Positions 1 to 9,758 of a DNA stretch of 64,000 bases are shown in pieces. Every line of letters starts with the position of its first letter. The first letter of the stretch is position 1. The notes under the pieces are model-generated. The model did not search any database, had not been told where the DNA came from, and saw only the letters and a list, made by a program, of their open reading frames with translations. The stretch is from Alphaproteobacteria bacterium (lineage in GTDB: Bacteria > Pseudomonadota > Alphaproteobacteria > SP197), in assembly GCA_964291415.2 (NCBI GenBank), contig OZ219920.1, forward strand, positions 1,312,001 through 1,376,000, written 5' to 3'. The translations under genes were made by a program, and so were the position numbers.

Positions 1-834
1 TTGAAGCGCTTCCCGATCGGTCTCTACCCGACGTTCATGATGGGCGTCTTCTTCCTCATTCCCTTCTTCATCATGCTCGTGGTGAGTTTCTTCGCGCGGA
101 CGCAATCGACCTACGAGCCCGGCTTCGAGTTCACGCACTATGCCCGGTTCTTCTCACCGCTCTTCACCACGCACCTTCTTGTCTCGGTGCAATTCTCCGT
201 TCTCGCCAGCATTCTGTCCGTTGCGGCAGCGGTTCCCTTCACCTACTTCATAAGCCGGTTCCGGCGGCGCCCGCAGGTCATTGCGCTGGTCTTCCTGTTG
301 TGCGTCCTGACGCTCTCCGAAGTGATCGTCGCCTACTCCCTGTCGGTCGTGATGAGCCGATCGAGCGGTCTGCCGAGCTTTGTGGAGTGGCTCGGTCTGA
401 TTGACAGGGCACGCTCCTGGTATCCTGGATATCTGGCCAATCTCTTCGGCTTGAGCTTCTTCAACATTCCGTTTGCCGTGCTCATCCTGTTTCCCTCCTG
501 CACCAGGCTTGATCGGGAACTGACAGAAGCGGCGCAAACCATGGGGGCATCGCCGATCAGGAGTTTCACGACGATCGTGCTGCCCCTACTCGACCGGACG
601 ATCATGGCAGCCCTCGTACTGCTCTTCGTGTTCACCATGGGAGCCTTCGTCACCCCGACCTGGCTTGGTCGCCCCGAGGACACGATGATGGCCCAGCTGA
701 TCGCCAACCAGGCGCTCAATCGCGGCAACATTCCGTTTGCGGCGGCGCTCTCCATGTTCTTCATGGCGGTGACCATCGTTCTCACCCTCATCACCGTCAG
801 ACTGCGCCGCGGCGATCCGGTGAGGCGGACATGA
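1..834 (+). CDS. ABC transporter permease, PotB-like (polyamine/opine family); 5' end may lie outside the window
   Basis: Hydrophobic helices; EAA motif 'LTEAAQTMGASPIRSF'; 4-nt overlap with the next permease. Confidence 0.85.
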   Translation: MKRFPIGLYPTFMMGVFFLIPFFIMLVVSFFARTQSTYEPGFEFTHYARFFSPLFTTHLLVSVQFSVLASILSVAAAVPFTYFISRFRRRPQVIALVFLLCVLTLSEVIVAYSLSVVMSRSSGLPSFVEWLGLIDRARSWYPGYLANLFGLSFFNIPFAVLILFPSCTRLDRELTEAAQTMGASPIRSFTTIVLPLLDRTIMAALVLLFVFTMGAFVTPTWLGRPEDTMMAQLIANQALNRGNIPFAAALSMFFMAVTIVLTLITVRLRRGDPVRRT

Positions 835-1634
835 ACCTGGTGCGCTGGAGCAAGGCGGCCTTCATCACGGTCATGTTCGGCATGCTCGCCGCGCCGCTGC
901 TCATCGTTGCCGGGGTGTCGCTCAACTCCAAGAAGCTCATGTTCTTTCCGCCCAAGGGGCTCTCGTTGAAGTGGTACCCGGCGGTGTTCGAAACCAACCA
1001 GTGGCTGGAGGCCCTGACCACAAGCGTGATCATCGCCTTTAGCGCGGGCATCATCGCCATTTCGATTGCCTTGCCGACCGCCTACTTCCTGTGGCGCCAC
1101 AAGGTGCTCTACGCCAAGGCACTCTTTCTGGCCGGAGTCGTTCCCTTCGCCTTGCCGCCCGTGATCACGGCGCTTGGCATGCTGATCTTCTGGGTCGAGG
1201 TCGGACATGTCGGGCAGATCTGGAACATCATGATCGGACACGGTGTCTTTCTGGTGACCCTGCCGCTGGTGATGATTTCCCTGGGCCTGGAATCCATCGA
1301 TGACGAGATACTCGAGGCCGCGCGCACCATGGGAGCAGATTCGCGGCGCATCTTCACGACCATCATCTTTCCCATGGTGCTTCCCTACATGGTGGCCGGC
1401 TACGCCTTCGTCGTCGTGCTGTCGATGAACGAATACATCATCTCGTATTTCCTTGGGCAGCACGCCACCATCACCCTGCCGGTGCAGCTTCTTGCCAGCC
1501 TGAGATCCGGCTACTCGCCGATCATCGCTGCCGCTTCGGTGATGTTCATCCTGTTCGCCGTCGTGGTTTTCAGCCTCGTGGCCCGATTTGGTGATCTACC
1601 GAAACTGCTCGGCGCATGGACACCTAAGGAGTAG
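831..1634 (+). CDS. ABC transporter permease, PotC-like
   Basis: 'FPPKGLSLKWY' motif; EAA motif 'ILEAARTMGADSRRIF'. Confidence 0.88.
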   Translation: MNLVRWSKAAFITVMFGMLAAPLLIVAGVSLNSKKLMFFPPKGLSLKWYPAVFETNQWLEALTTSVIIAFSAGIIAISIALPTAYFLWRHKVLYAKALFLAGVVPFALPPVITALGMLIFWVEVGHVGQIWNIMIGHGVFLVTLPLVMISLGLESIDDEILEAARTMGADSRRIFTTIIFPMVLPYMVAGYAFVVVLSMNEYIISYFLGQHATITLPVQLLASLRSGYSPIIAAASVMFILFAVVVFSLVARFGDLPKLLGAWTPKE

Positions 1635-1640
1635 ACGCCC

Positions 1641-2297
1641 TTGTACATTCTCCATGGCGGCAACCTGACCCGGGCGCTGGCAGTCCAGATGGTGCTGGAA
1701 GAATCCTCGCTTGCCTATGAACTGCGCGATGTCGACATCGCGGCCCAGGAGCACCGCAGCGAAGCGTTCCGTGCCATCAATCCGGCCGGATACGTGCCCG
1801 CCCTGGTGACTCCCGAGGGCACGGTGCTGCACGAGGCCGCAGCCATCTGCCTGTGGCTGGCGGACAGACACGCAATCGAGGAGATGGCGCCCCTGCCGAC
1901 GGACCCGCTGCGCGGCATCTTTCTTTCCAAACTCTTCTACTTCACCAACGACATTCAGCCGGCACTCAAGCACTGCTACTATCCCCGGCGCTGGTCGCTG
2001 AGAGACAAAGACGCACAGGCTTTCCGAGAACTCTCACAGGCCATGGCGGCGGAACGCTGGCAGGTCCTCGAGGATTGGCTGGAAGCCAATGGGCCTTATC
2101 ATCTCGGCGATCGCCTCAGTCTGCTGGATCTCCATCTCAGCGTCTGGGTCTGCTATGGTTTCGACACGACCCTCGACATCCTCGTCACCATGCCGGCGAC
2201 ACGACGTCTCTTCGACCTGGTTCACGCCCGCCCGGTCAGCGGACCCTTGCTTGACAACCTGATTGCGACCCTGGAGAGCCACCGGGAGAATCCCTGA
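1641..2297 (+). CDS. Glutathione S-transferase family protein
   Basis: 'INPAGYVPAL...LHEAAAICLWLA' N-domain; 'GDRLSLLDL' C-domain; TTG start with AAGGAG RBS. Confidence 0.85.
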   Translation: MYILHGGNLTRALAVQMVLEESSLAYELRDVDIAAQEHRSEAFRAINPAGYVPALVTPEGTVLHEAAAICLWLADRHAIEEMAPLPTDPLRGIFLSKLFYFTNDIQPALKHCYYPRRWSLRDKDAQAFRELSQAMAAERWQVLEDWLEANGPYHLGDRLSLLDLHLSVWVCYGFDTTLDILVTMPATRRLFDLVHARPVSGPLLDNLIATLESHRENP

Positions 2298-2333
2298 CCC
2301 GCAGTACCCGTGCCAGGGCGAAGGATTACCGGT

Positions 2334-3338
2334 TCATCCCCAGTTGGCGCGAAAGGCCCGCAGGAAGTTGCCGCCGAGGAGCCGGGCAATGTCGGCCTCG
2401 TCCCAGCCGGACCCGAGAAGGCGGTCGGTGATGCGGTGCAGTTCACCATGGCTGCGGCAGTCGGCCAGATAGCGGTCCTCGATACGGTTGCTGAAGGCCT
2501 CGGCGTAAGCCCTGATGGCGGCCGGATAATTCTCCAGGGTGAAGGCGGTGATGTGGTTCACCGCCTTGCTGTCGGCCACCGCCGGCAGATCGGTGCCGAT
2601 GCCGACATGATCGATTCCGGCAAGGGCCACCACATGATCGAGATGACGCATGAAATCATCCAGCGACGGGGGCCGCCGGGTGTCGCCGTCCCAGCACATC
2701 GGTCCATAGATGCTGATGCCGATGACACCCCCCGAATCGGCTATGGCCCGAATGGCGTCGTCGGACTTGTTCCGCAGGGCCGACGTGATCGAGCGGGCGT
2801 TTGCATGGGTGGCGAAGACAGGCCTTGTCGACGCCGCGGCTGCCTCGACGGACGTCTTCTGGCCGACATGGGAAAGATCGATCGCCATGCCAAGGGAGTT
2901 CATCATGGCAACGACCTCGCGGCCGAGCGCCGTCAGACCCCGATCCTCCGGTTCGAGACATCCGTCGCCGAGGAGAGAGCGGCGATTGTAGGTGAGCTGG
3001 GCCACGCGCAGGCCAAGTTCGTGGAGCATCACCAGCCTCTCGAGCCTGTCGCCGATGGGGCGGAGATTCTGCCAACCCATGATGAGACCGGTGTCGCCGT
3101 CCGCGTGGCAGGCCTCGATGTCCGCGACCCGTCTCACCAGACGCCAGCCCGAATCGGGTTTCGCGAGGATGGCAAGCCAGCGCGCCAGACCATCCATGGC
3201 CTCCTCGAAATCGGCCTCGAAGTGGCTCACCGTCATGTTGACCGCCGTCACCCCGGCGCGACGCAGTACGCCCGGGTCACCGTCGCCGTGGAAGTTGAGA
3301 CCATCGATGACGAGAGAGCGCTCATGGAGAGTCGTCAT
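2334..3338 (-). CDS. Membrane dipeptidase (peptidase M19) family protein
   Basis: 'QLTYN', 'IDLSHVG', 'ATHAN...RNKSD', 'HVGIGTD', 'LGGNFLR'. Confidence 0.88.
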   Translation of the reverse strand: MTTLHERSLVIDGLNFHGDGDPGVLRRAGVTAVNMTVSHFEADFEEAMDGLARWLAILAKPDSGWRLVRRVADIEACHADGDTGLIMGWQNLRPIGDRLERLVMLHELGLRVAQLTYNRRSLLGDGCLEPEDRGLTALGREVVAMMNSLGMAIDLSHVGQKTSVEAAAASTRPVFATHANARSITSALRNKSDDAIRAIADSGGVIGISIYGPMCWDGDTRRPPSLDDFMRHLDHVVALAGIDHVGIGTDLPAVADSKAVNHITAFTLENYPAAIRAYAEAFSNRIEDRYLADCRSHGELHRITDRLLGSGWDEADIARLLGGNFLRAFRANWG

Positions 3339-4363
3339 GGCGTCCCCTCTTTCGCGAAGTGGGGCATGACGTCACGGGTGAATCTCTCCATGGAGGCCAT
3401 GACATCCCGGTGACTGGCGCCAAAGGACATGTTGCAGAGGAAATCCATGACGTCGAGGTCTCCATAGACGCCCAGCTTGTCAACGACCTCCCGGGCGGTT
3501 CCGATCGGCAGTGCATCGGCGATGTCATCCACCGTCTCGTCGACATCCAGGGGCACGATCTCCCCGTTCGACACCGTGCCGGACGTGAGGAAGACGTTGC
3601 AGAACCTGCGGTGGTTCTCGTGGGCCATGGCGATCTTCTCCCGCTTGTCGGCCTCGTCTGCCGCGACGTAGACCATGCGCAGCATGGAAAACCGTGCTCC
3701 TCTGCATGCCGCACCACCGTCGCGGCGGGCATCGTTGAAGGCGCCGGCCTGCATCCGGACCGTCTCCAGGCCCCCCCTCAACGGTGTCGTCTGCACGTGA
3801 TAGCCGCGGCGGACACAGTGGTAGATCGCCTCGTAGCCCAGGGCGGCAATCCACAGTGGAATGGATTTCTGTACCGGCCGGGGCGTGATGGTGATGGGCT
3901 CGAAGTCGTACCACCGGCTCTTCCAGCCGGTTTCCCGGCCCGACAGCAGCGCCTCGAGGAGGGCCAGGGCATCGTCGAAACGCTCCCGGCTCTCTTCGGG
4001 CGGCACGTTGAACCTGTCGAACTCGTAAGCGAAGGCGCCGCGACCGACACCAAGTTCCAGTCTGCCTTCCATCAGGCAGTCGGCCTGACAGATCTCACCG
4101 GCGAGTCGGCGCATGTCGTGGACGGGAAGAACGAGGACGGAGGTGATGATGCGGATCGCACGCGTCCGGCTGGCGACCTTGACGGCCGTCAGCAAGGGCT
4201 GGGGGTGCGTGAGATAGTTGATGAAATGATGTTCGGGGATGCACAGGGTGTCGAAACCGAGGGCTTCGGCATGGACGCTTTCCTCGACCGCGTCCTCATA
4301 GAGACGTTGCGCCGAGTAGGAGAGATCGGGCCAGTAGCACGGGAGATAGAAGCTGAATCGCAT
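3335..4363 (-). CDS. LLM-class (luciferase-like) flavin-dependent oxidoreductase
   Basis: 'IPEHHF', 'GRLELGVGRG', 'PRPVQ'; start placed at MRFSFY (4363). Confidence 0.88.
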   Translation of the reverse strand: MRFSFYLPCYWPDLSYSAQRLYEDAVEESVHAEALGFDTLCIPEHHFINYLTHPQPLLTAVKVASRTRAIRIITSVLVLPVHDMRRLAGEICQADCLMEGRLELGVGRGAFAYEFDRFNVPPEESRERFDDALALLEALLSGRETGWKSRWYDFEPITITPRPVQKSIPLWIAALGYEAIYHCVRRGYHVQTTPLRGGLETVRMQAGAFNDARRDGGAACRGARFSMLRMVYVAADEADKREKIAMAHENHRRFCNVFLTSGTVSNGEIVPLDVDETVDDIADALPIGTAREVVDKLGVYGDLDVMDFLCNMSFGASHRDVMASMERFTRDVMPHFAKEGTP

Positions 4364-4522
4364 GACGCGACAAAGGTGACGAATGATCATCCCACGTCAA
4401 CCCGGGATGATGGTTCTTTCGCCATTGGGCCGGATCGCATAAGGTTCCGGCACAGATGGTCCCGTCTCGCAGGCGAGGCCTGCCGCACATGTGGACCAAC
4501 CGCAGCTCACGGGAGGAGCACA

Positions 4523-5686
4523 ATGACCCCGATCATGGATCTTGAAGAATTCCGTTCACGCCTGGCGAACCACGACATTTCGCGCCGCGACATCAACAGG
4601 GTTCTCGCGTCGGCTGGTGTCGCCACCGTTGCCGTGCCGCTCGTCGCGAGCCACGCTCAAGATGAAGAGGACGAGGCAGACTACGAGATCGACAGCGACC
4701 TGACGGTCTTCACCTGGTCCGGTTACGACATTCCGGAGCTTCACACGAGCTACATCGACAAGAACGGCACGACTCCGGCCTTCACGCTGTGGGGTGAGGA
4801 AGAGGAAGGATTCCAGAAGATGCGCGCGGGGTTCAAGCCCGACATTGCAGCGCCTTGCACCTACAGCCTGCAGCGATGGTGGGATGCCGGACTGCTTGCG
4901 CCTCTGGACACCTCCCGTCTCGAGTACTGGGACAACGTGTTTCCCGCCCTGCAGACCGTGACCGGTGCGGTCATCGAGGGGAACCAGGTGTTTCTTCCCG
5001 TCGACTGGGGCAACAGTTCGGTCCTGTTCCGTCCGGACCTGGCGCCGGAGTACGCCGGACCCGAGAACCATTCATGGAAGATCCTGTTCGACGAGAAGTA
5101 TGCCGGACGCCTCGGAATCTATGATTCGGTAGACGGTGTCTTCGGTGTGGTTGGCGCCGTCATCGGCGCGGAGAATCCCTTCGACATGACCGACGAGGAA
5201 CTCGAGGAAGCGGCCAAGTGGATGCGCAAGCAGCGTGAAGTTCTGCGCTGGTACTGGACCGACATCACAGCTGTCGAACAGGGCCTCGCAACGGGCGAAC
5301 TCGTCGCCTCCTATGCATGGAACAGTTCTGTCGTCGAACTCAAGAAGCAGGGTGTTGAAATCGAGTACATGAACCCGAAAGAAGGCATCTACACCTGGGT
5401 GTGTGGAAACGTGCACATCGCCACGGGCGAAGGGTCTGACGACAAGACCTACGATTTCCTCAATGCCATGTCGTCACCCGAAACCGGTGAATACATCATC
5501 ACCAATTACGGGTACGGCCACTGCAACCAGCAGTCCTTCGACCTGGTGGATCAGAGCACGCTCGACGATCTCGGCCTCTCCGATCCGGTCGCTTTCATGA
5601 AGGACAGCCGCTTCTTCGATGAGATCCGGCCCGAAGTCCGCGAGAAGTACATCGCGCTGTTCGACGAGATCAAGGCCGGTTTCTGA
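4523..5686 (+). CDS. Extracellular solute-binding protein, PotD/PotF-like, with Tat-like signal
   Basis: GGAGGAG RBS before ATG 4523; 'ISRRDIN' twin-Arg leader; 'FTWSGY', 'PVDWG', 'PKEG' motifs. Confidence 0.87.
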   Translation: MTPIMDLEEFRSRLANHDISRRDINRVLASAGVATVAVPLVASHAQDEEDEADYEIDSDLTVFTWSGYDIPELHTSYIDKNGTTPAFTLWGEEEEGFQKMRAGFKPDIAAPCTYSLQRWWDAGLLAPLDTSRLEYWDNVFPALQTVTGAVIEGNQVFLPVDWGNSSVLFRPDLAPEYAGPENHSWKILFDEKYAGRLGIYDSVDGVFGVVGAVIGAENPFDMTDEELEEAAKWMRKQREVLRWYWTDITAVEQGLATGELVASYAWNSSVVELKKQGVEIEYMNPKEGIYTWVCGNVHIATGEGSDDKTYDFLNAMSSPETGEYIITNYGYGHCNQQSFDLVDQSTLDDLGLSDPVAFMKDSRFFDEIRPEVREKYIALFDEIKAGF

Positions 5687-5744
5687 TTCTGATCATGATG
5701 CGTCAGCGGGCTTCCAGGGCACGCTGACGCATCAGTTGTGAACG

Positions 5745-7355
5745 ATGCCGCAAAGGGATCCTCCTGACCGGCAGAGTGTGGGACACGTTCTTCGCTGCCG
5801 GGCAGACGCGACGCCGGATGCGCCCTTCATTCTGTCCGACCAGCGCACCCTCACCTATCGTGAGGCACATCGTGACTCCAACAGGCTCGCCAACGGTACG
5901 ACGGCACTTGGGATCAAGTCCGGAGAAGCCGTCCTGGTGGTGATGCCGAATGTCGTCGAGTTCATCCTCGTGTGGCTTGGCCTGGGCAAGACCGGAGCCA
6001 TCCAGGTCCCTGTCAACACCGCACTGCGCGGCACTCTTCTCACCCACATCATCAATGATTCCGCTGCCCGCACGATGATCGTCGCGGCGGGTTTCCTTGA
6101 CCGCATCGGCGAGGTCGCCGGTGATCTCGAGTATCTCGAGCGCCTCATCATCTTCGATCCCACAGGCGTACAAGCCACGCTGCCACGCGCGCTTTCTCAC
6201 CTCGAAAGGATCGATTTCCCTCAGCTGCTCGACGCGGAGGACACACCGCCTGACGACCTCCCTCGCCACCATGATCTCAAGGCGGTTATGTACACTTCGG
6301 GCACCACGGGACCTTCCAAGGGGGTCATGATTTCCCAGCGCCAGGCCTATGGCTACGCCCATGGCAACTTCGAACTCATGGACCTCAAGCCGGGCGATGT
6401 CTACTACGCACCGCTGCCGCTCTTCCACATCGCCGGACAGTGGGCCATGTGCTACTCGTCGATGATCGCCGGCTCGGCGGCTGTGGTGACGGAACGGTTC
6501 AGCGTCGAACGCTTCTGGAGCGATGCCAGACGGTTCGGAGCCACCGTCACGTTCTTTCTCGGGGCCATGGCAAACTTTCTGGCGCGCCAGCCCCGGGAAC
6601 CGGACGACAGCAGCGTCCCCATCGAACGCGCACTCGTCGTCCCGATGTTTCCGGACGCCGGCAGCTTCGCGAAGCGATTCGGCATGAAGATCAAGACCAC
6701 CTACGGATCGACCGAGGTGTCCGCGCCACATCGCATGGACTGGAACGACCCCGACTGGAAGACCTGCGGCAGACTGGCGGACGAGCTCTACGAGGCGCGG
6801 ATCGTCGATGCCGACGACGAGGAGGTGCCGGACGGCACTGTCGGCGAGTTCGTCATTCGAGGCAAGGAACCCTGGCTCCTCATGTCGGGCTACTGGCGGC
6901 ACCCGGAGTGGACGGAGAAGGCCTGGTCCAACCTGTGGCTGCACTCGGGCGATGCCATGATGAAGACCTCGGACGGCCGCTACTACTTCGTCGACCGGAT
7001 GAGTGATTCCATCCGCAGGCGCGGCGAGAACATTTCCTCCCTTGAGGTGGAGAACGAAATCAACCTCCACGCGGATGTCCTTGAATGTGCGGTCTATCCC
7101 GTGCCGAGCGAGCATACCGAGGACGAGGTGATGGCAACGGTGATCCCGCAACCCGGATGCACGCTCGACCCGGAGAGCCTCATCCGTTTCCTGGAACCGA
7201 GGATGGCCCGATTCATGGTGCCGCGTTACATCGATGTTGCAGAGAGCCTTCCCAAGACCCCCACCGGCAAGATCAGGAAGGTGGCCCTGCGCAATGCGGG
7301 TGTCACGTCCTCTACCTTCGACCGCGAGAAGGCAGGTATCATCCTCAAGCGATGA
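5745..7355 (+). CDS. ATP-dependent acyl-CoA ligase (CaiC-like AMP-binding enzyme)
   Basis: 'YTSGTTGPSKG', 'YGSTE', 'WLHSGD', 'RRGENISS', 'PKTPTGKI'. Confidence 0.9.
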   Translation: MPQRDPPDRQSVGHVLRCRADATPDAPFILSDQRTLTYREAHRDSNRLANGTTALGIKSGEAVLVVMPNVVEFILVWLGLGKTGAIQVPVNTALRGTLLTHIINDSAARTMIVAAGFLDRIGEVAGDLEYLERLIIFDPTGVQATLPRALSHLERIDFPQLLDAEDTPPDDLPRHHDLKAVMYTSGTTGPSKGVMISQRQAYGYAHGNFELMDLKPGDVYYAPLPLFHIAGQWAMCYSSMIAGSAAVVTERFSVERFWSDARRFGATVTFFLGAMANFLARQPREPDDSSVPIERALVVPMFPDAGSFAKRFGMKIKTTYGSTEVSAPHRMDWNDPDWKTCGRLADELYEARIVDADDEEVPDGTVGEFVIRGKEPWLLMSGYWRHPEWTEKAWSNLWLHSGDAMMKTSDGRYYFVDRMSDSIRRRGENISSLEVENEINLHADVLECAVYPVPSEHTEDEVMATVIPQPGCTLDPESLIRFLEPRMARFMVPRYIDVAESLPKTPTGKIRKVALRNAGVTSSTFDREKAGIILKR

Positions 7356-7411
7356 CACTGGCCGGCGCGCCACCAACGGTGCATGATGCGCTTCCACCTT
7401 GCGGTTCGGTC

Positions 7412-8269
7412 ATGACACTCGCTCCAGACGACATTGCCCGATATCACCGGGATGGCTATCTGCTGCGACCGGGATTCTTCTCGACGTCGGAACTGGCACC
7501 GCTGTACCAGGCGATCGAAGAGGACCCGGGCATTGGCGGACGCCTTGCGACCATTCACGATGGCAGCGAGAAAACGCGGCACGACTACCTGGGCTGGGTA
7601 CGTCATGGCGACGACTGGCTCGGCACGGCAACGCGCCTCGCCCGAATCGTGGAGGGTGCCGAAGCCCTGATCGGAGAACCCGTGTATCATTACCATTCGA
7701 AGCTCGTCCAGAAACCCGCCGGTCGCAGTGGCCGGGTTGTCTGGCACCAGGACTTCGGCGGCTGGTACCAGGACGGCTGTCTGAAGCCGGACATGCTGAC
7801 CTGTATCGTGGCGTTGACCAGGGCGACGGAGGAAAGCGGATGCCTCCACATGCTGAAGGGCTCGCACCACATGGGACGAGTTGATCGCATCCGTGATGAG
7901 CATGCTTACGCCAACATCCACCCGCAGCGCGTCCAAGCCATGCTGGAACGCTTCGAGGATGTGGCCATCGAACTCGAACCCGGAGATGGCCTCTTTTTTC
8001 ACTGCAATACCGTGCACGCCTCGGGCGACAACCGGGCGTCCTGGAACCGCATTCTCCTGGAGTTCTCCTACAACGCGGTCAGCAACCCTCCAGTGTTCCG
8101 GAACCAGGATCACCATGCATTCAAAACGATGACAAAGGCTGCTGACAATTCACTTCAAGACGGCACGTACGACGGTGTCTTGTCCTCCACCCCGCTCATC
8201 GATCTCGAGGATCCCGACGACGAGGGCTACACGATCTTCGTGCGCGACAGTTTTCCCGACCTCAGCTGA
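7412..8269 (+). CDS. PhyH/EctD-like Fe(II)/2-oxoglutarate dioxygenase
   Basis: 'WHQD', 'GSH', 'FFHCNTVHASGDN...R'; alternative start 7352 overlaps the ligase stop. Confidence 0.85.
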   Translation: MTLAPDDIARYHRDGYLLRPGFFSTSELAPLYQAIEEDPGIGGRLATIHDGSEKTRHDYLGWVRHGDDWLGTATRLARIVEGAEALIGEPVYHYHSKLVQKPAGRSGRVVWHQDFGGWYQDGCLKPDMLTCIVALTRATEESGCLHMLKGSHHMGRVDRIRDEHAYANIHPQRVQAMLERFEDVAIELEPGDGLFFHCNTVHASGDNRASWNRILLEFSYNAVSNPPVFRNQDHHAFKTMTKAADNSLQDGTYDGVLSSTPLIDLEDPDDEGYTIFVRDSFPDLS

Positions 8270-8407
8270 AGACATCCACACCTCCGCGTTGCCGACGGAT
8301 GCGCCGGCACGCGACCAGTGTGACGCCGTCGCTTCATGAACTGATGATGCGGTGAGCGAGGTCGTTCATGATCTCCGCGAAACAGGTTTCCAACTCGGTT
8401 CGGAATC

Positions 8408-8430
8408 GGCTGTGTTCCGTCGGCACAGCC
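8408..8430. terminator. Hairpin between convergent dioxygenase genes
   Basis: GGCTGTG...CACAGCC inverted repeat; no clear U tract. Confidence 0.35.
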
Positions 8431-8483
8431 TGTCGAACTTTGGGGAAACTCCGTCCCGCAATGTCAACCCCGGCCTCGCCGGA

Positions 8484-9377
8484 TCACGCAACCCTGACGC
8501 CAGCTCCCGTTACAGGTCTGGTGGCGCCCTCGGCGTAGAGATCATTGCCACCGGACGACAGTTCCTCGTAACCCCTGATAACGTCGTAGGGATCCTGGAA
8601 ATCCTGAACCCAGCCAAGGAAGGGCCGGTGGATGTTGAAGCCCAGCAGGCGTGCCAGCCGCTCGGGCATCTCCCTCACCTCTTCCGGCGTCACGGAAAGA
8701 TACCAGTTCTGTTCCTGACGCAACCAGCCAAGGGCGAAACCGGTGAACATGCCGATGCGCCAGACGTCGGGTGTGAGATTGCGCCCCCCACCGTGATAGA
8801 CGCCACCGACAAAGACGCAGAACGACCCCTTCGTCATGGCCGCAGCACAGGTGTCGTCGTCACGCGGCACCCTGTGGTCGTCCCACTTGTGGCTTCCCGG
8901 GATGATTCGTGTGGCGCCATTCTCTTCCCGGAAATCGGTGAGGGCCCAGAAGACGGTGGATGTGGCGTTACGTTCGCTGGGATGAGAAAGGGGATAGAGC
9001 AGATCGTCGCGATGCAGCGGCTGTGGCGTTTCGTCCGGCCCGATCGCCGTGATCGAGTTCGAGTTGAGCTGGTAGTTCTCGCACCACGGCAACAGCGTCA
9101 GATCCATGATGTCGAGCACCCTCTCGTGGAGGACAAAGTCCTGGACTCGCCGCGATTTTCCGAAGAGTGAATGCAGGCGCTTGGTCTTGTAGCCGACGAA
9201 GTTGCCGTTGCCGCAGGGCTTGCGCCGGAGATAGGGATCGAGATCCGCGAGAAGGGCGTCGATCGTTGCATGATCGACGGCGTCCCTGACGATGATGCAG
9301 CCATCGCGCTCGAGAATGGCGCCGATCTCTTCGCTCGGCGTATCGGGTTCGACCGTCGTGATGGTGGCAACGCTCAT
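8484..9377 (-). CDS. Phytanoyl-CoA dioxygenase (PhyH) family protein
   Basis: 'QPLHRDD', 'NGATRIIPGSH', 'YHGGGRN'; purine-rich RBS before MSVAT. Confidence 0.87.
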   Translation of the reverse strand: MSVATITTVEPDTPSEEIGAILERDGCIIVRDAVDHATIDALLADLDPYLRRKPCGNGNFVGYKTKRLHSLFGKSRRVQDFVLHERVLDIMDLTLLPWCENYQLNSNSITAIGPDETPQPLHRDDLLYPLSHPSERNATSTVFWALTDFREENGATRIIPGSHKWDDHRVPRDDDTCAAAMTKGSFCVFVGGVYHGGGRNLTPDVWRIGMFTGFALGWLRQEQNWYLSVTPEEVREMPERLARLLGFNIHRPFLGWVQDFQDPYDVIRGYEELSSGGNDLYAEGATRPVTGAGVRVA

Positions 9378-9758
9378 CTTCTCTCCCTCCCCGCAGTCTG
9401 GTCCTTTCGGCAGTCTACATGATTCGGCAGCCACCGGGCACAGGACATTGCCCAGTCCGGTGATGCGACACGAGTGCGAATTCCGGAAATCACTGCCATA
9501 CGGGCCGTCGATGCTTCGATGCCTTCCACGCGTTCCCGGATTGCGCCGGTTGTCCTTCCACCAGACCCTGTCCACCTGCCACCGCTCGCGTGATGGCGGC
9601 GCCTTGAACAGATAATGAGAGAGGTGCCACGACCTCCGCATTCGGACTCACGGCATTGTGGGACATTGACGAGAGGACGTCCCGACATCGCGGGGAATGG
9701 AACCGTGTCACAGCTCATCCCTGGACAATTGCGGCCTTCGTGCCGCCGCACCGGGCGG

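Noticed and set aside
3359-4522. N-terminal 388 codons of the 775-aa ORF 3359..5686
   Set aside because: Mostly antisense shadow of the LLM gene; the real binding protein starts at 4523 with a strong RBS.
5703-7397. Long antisense or alternate-frame ORFs here and at 36.0-37.5, 39.1-40.5, 51.3-52.6 and 59.4-60.7 kb
   Set aside because: Expected shadows of real genes in high-GC DNA; no recognisable motifs.
9552-9632. Trp-rich minus-strand stretch 'SWHLSHYLFKAPPSRERWQVDRVWWKD', possibly the tail of a lost binding-protein gene
   Set aside because: Too short to assign without a search.
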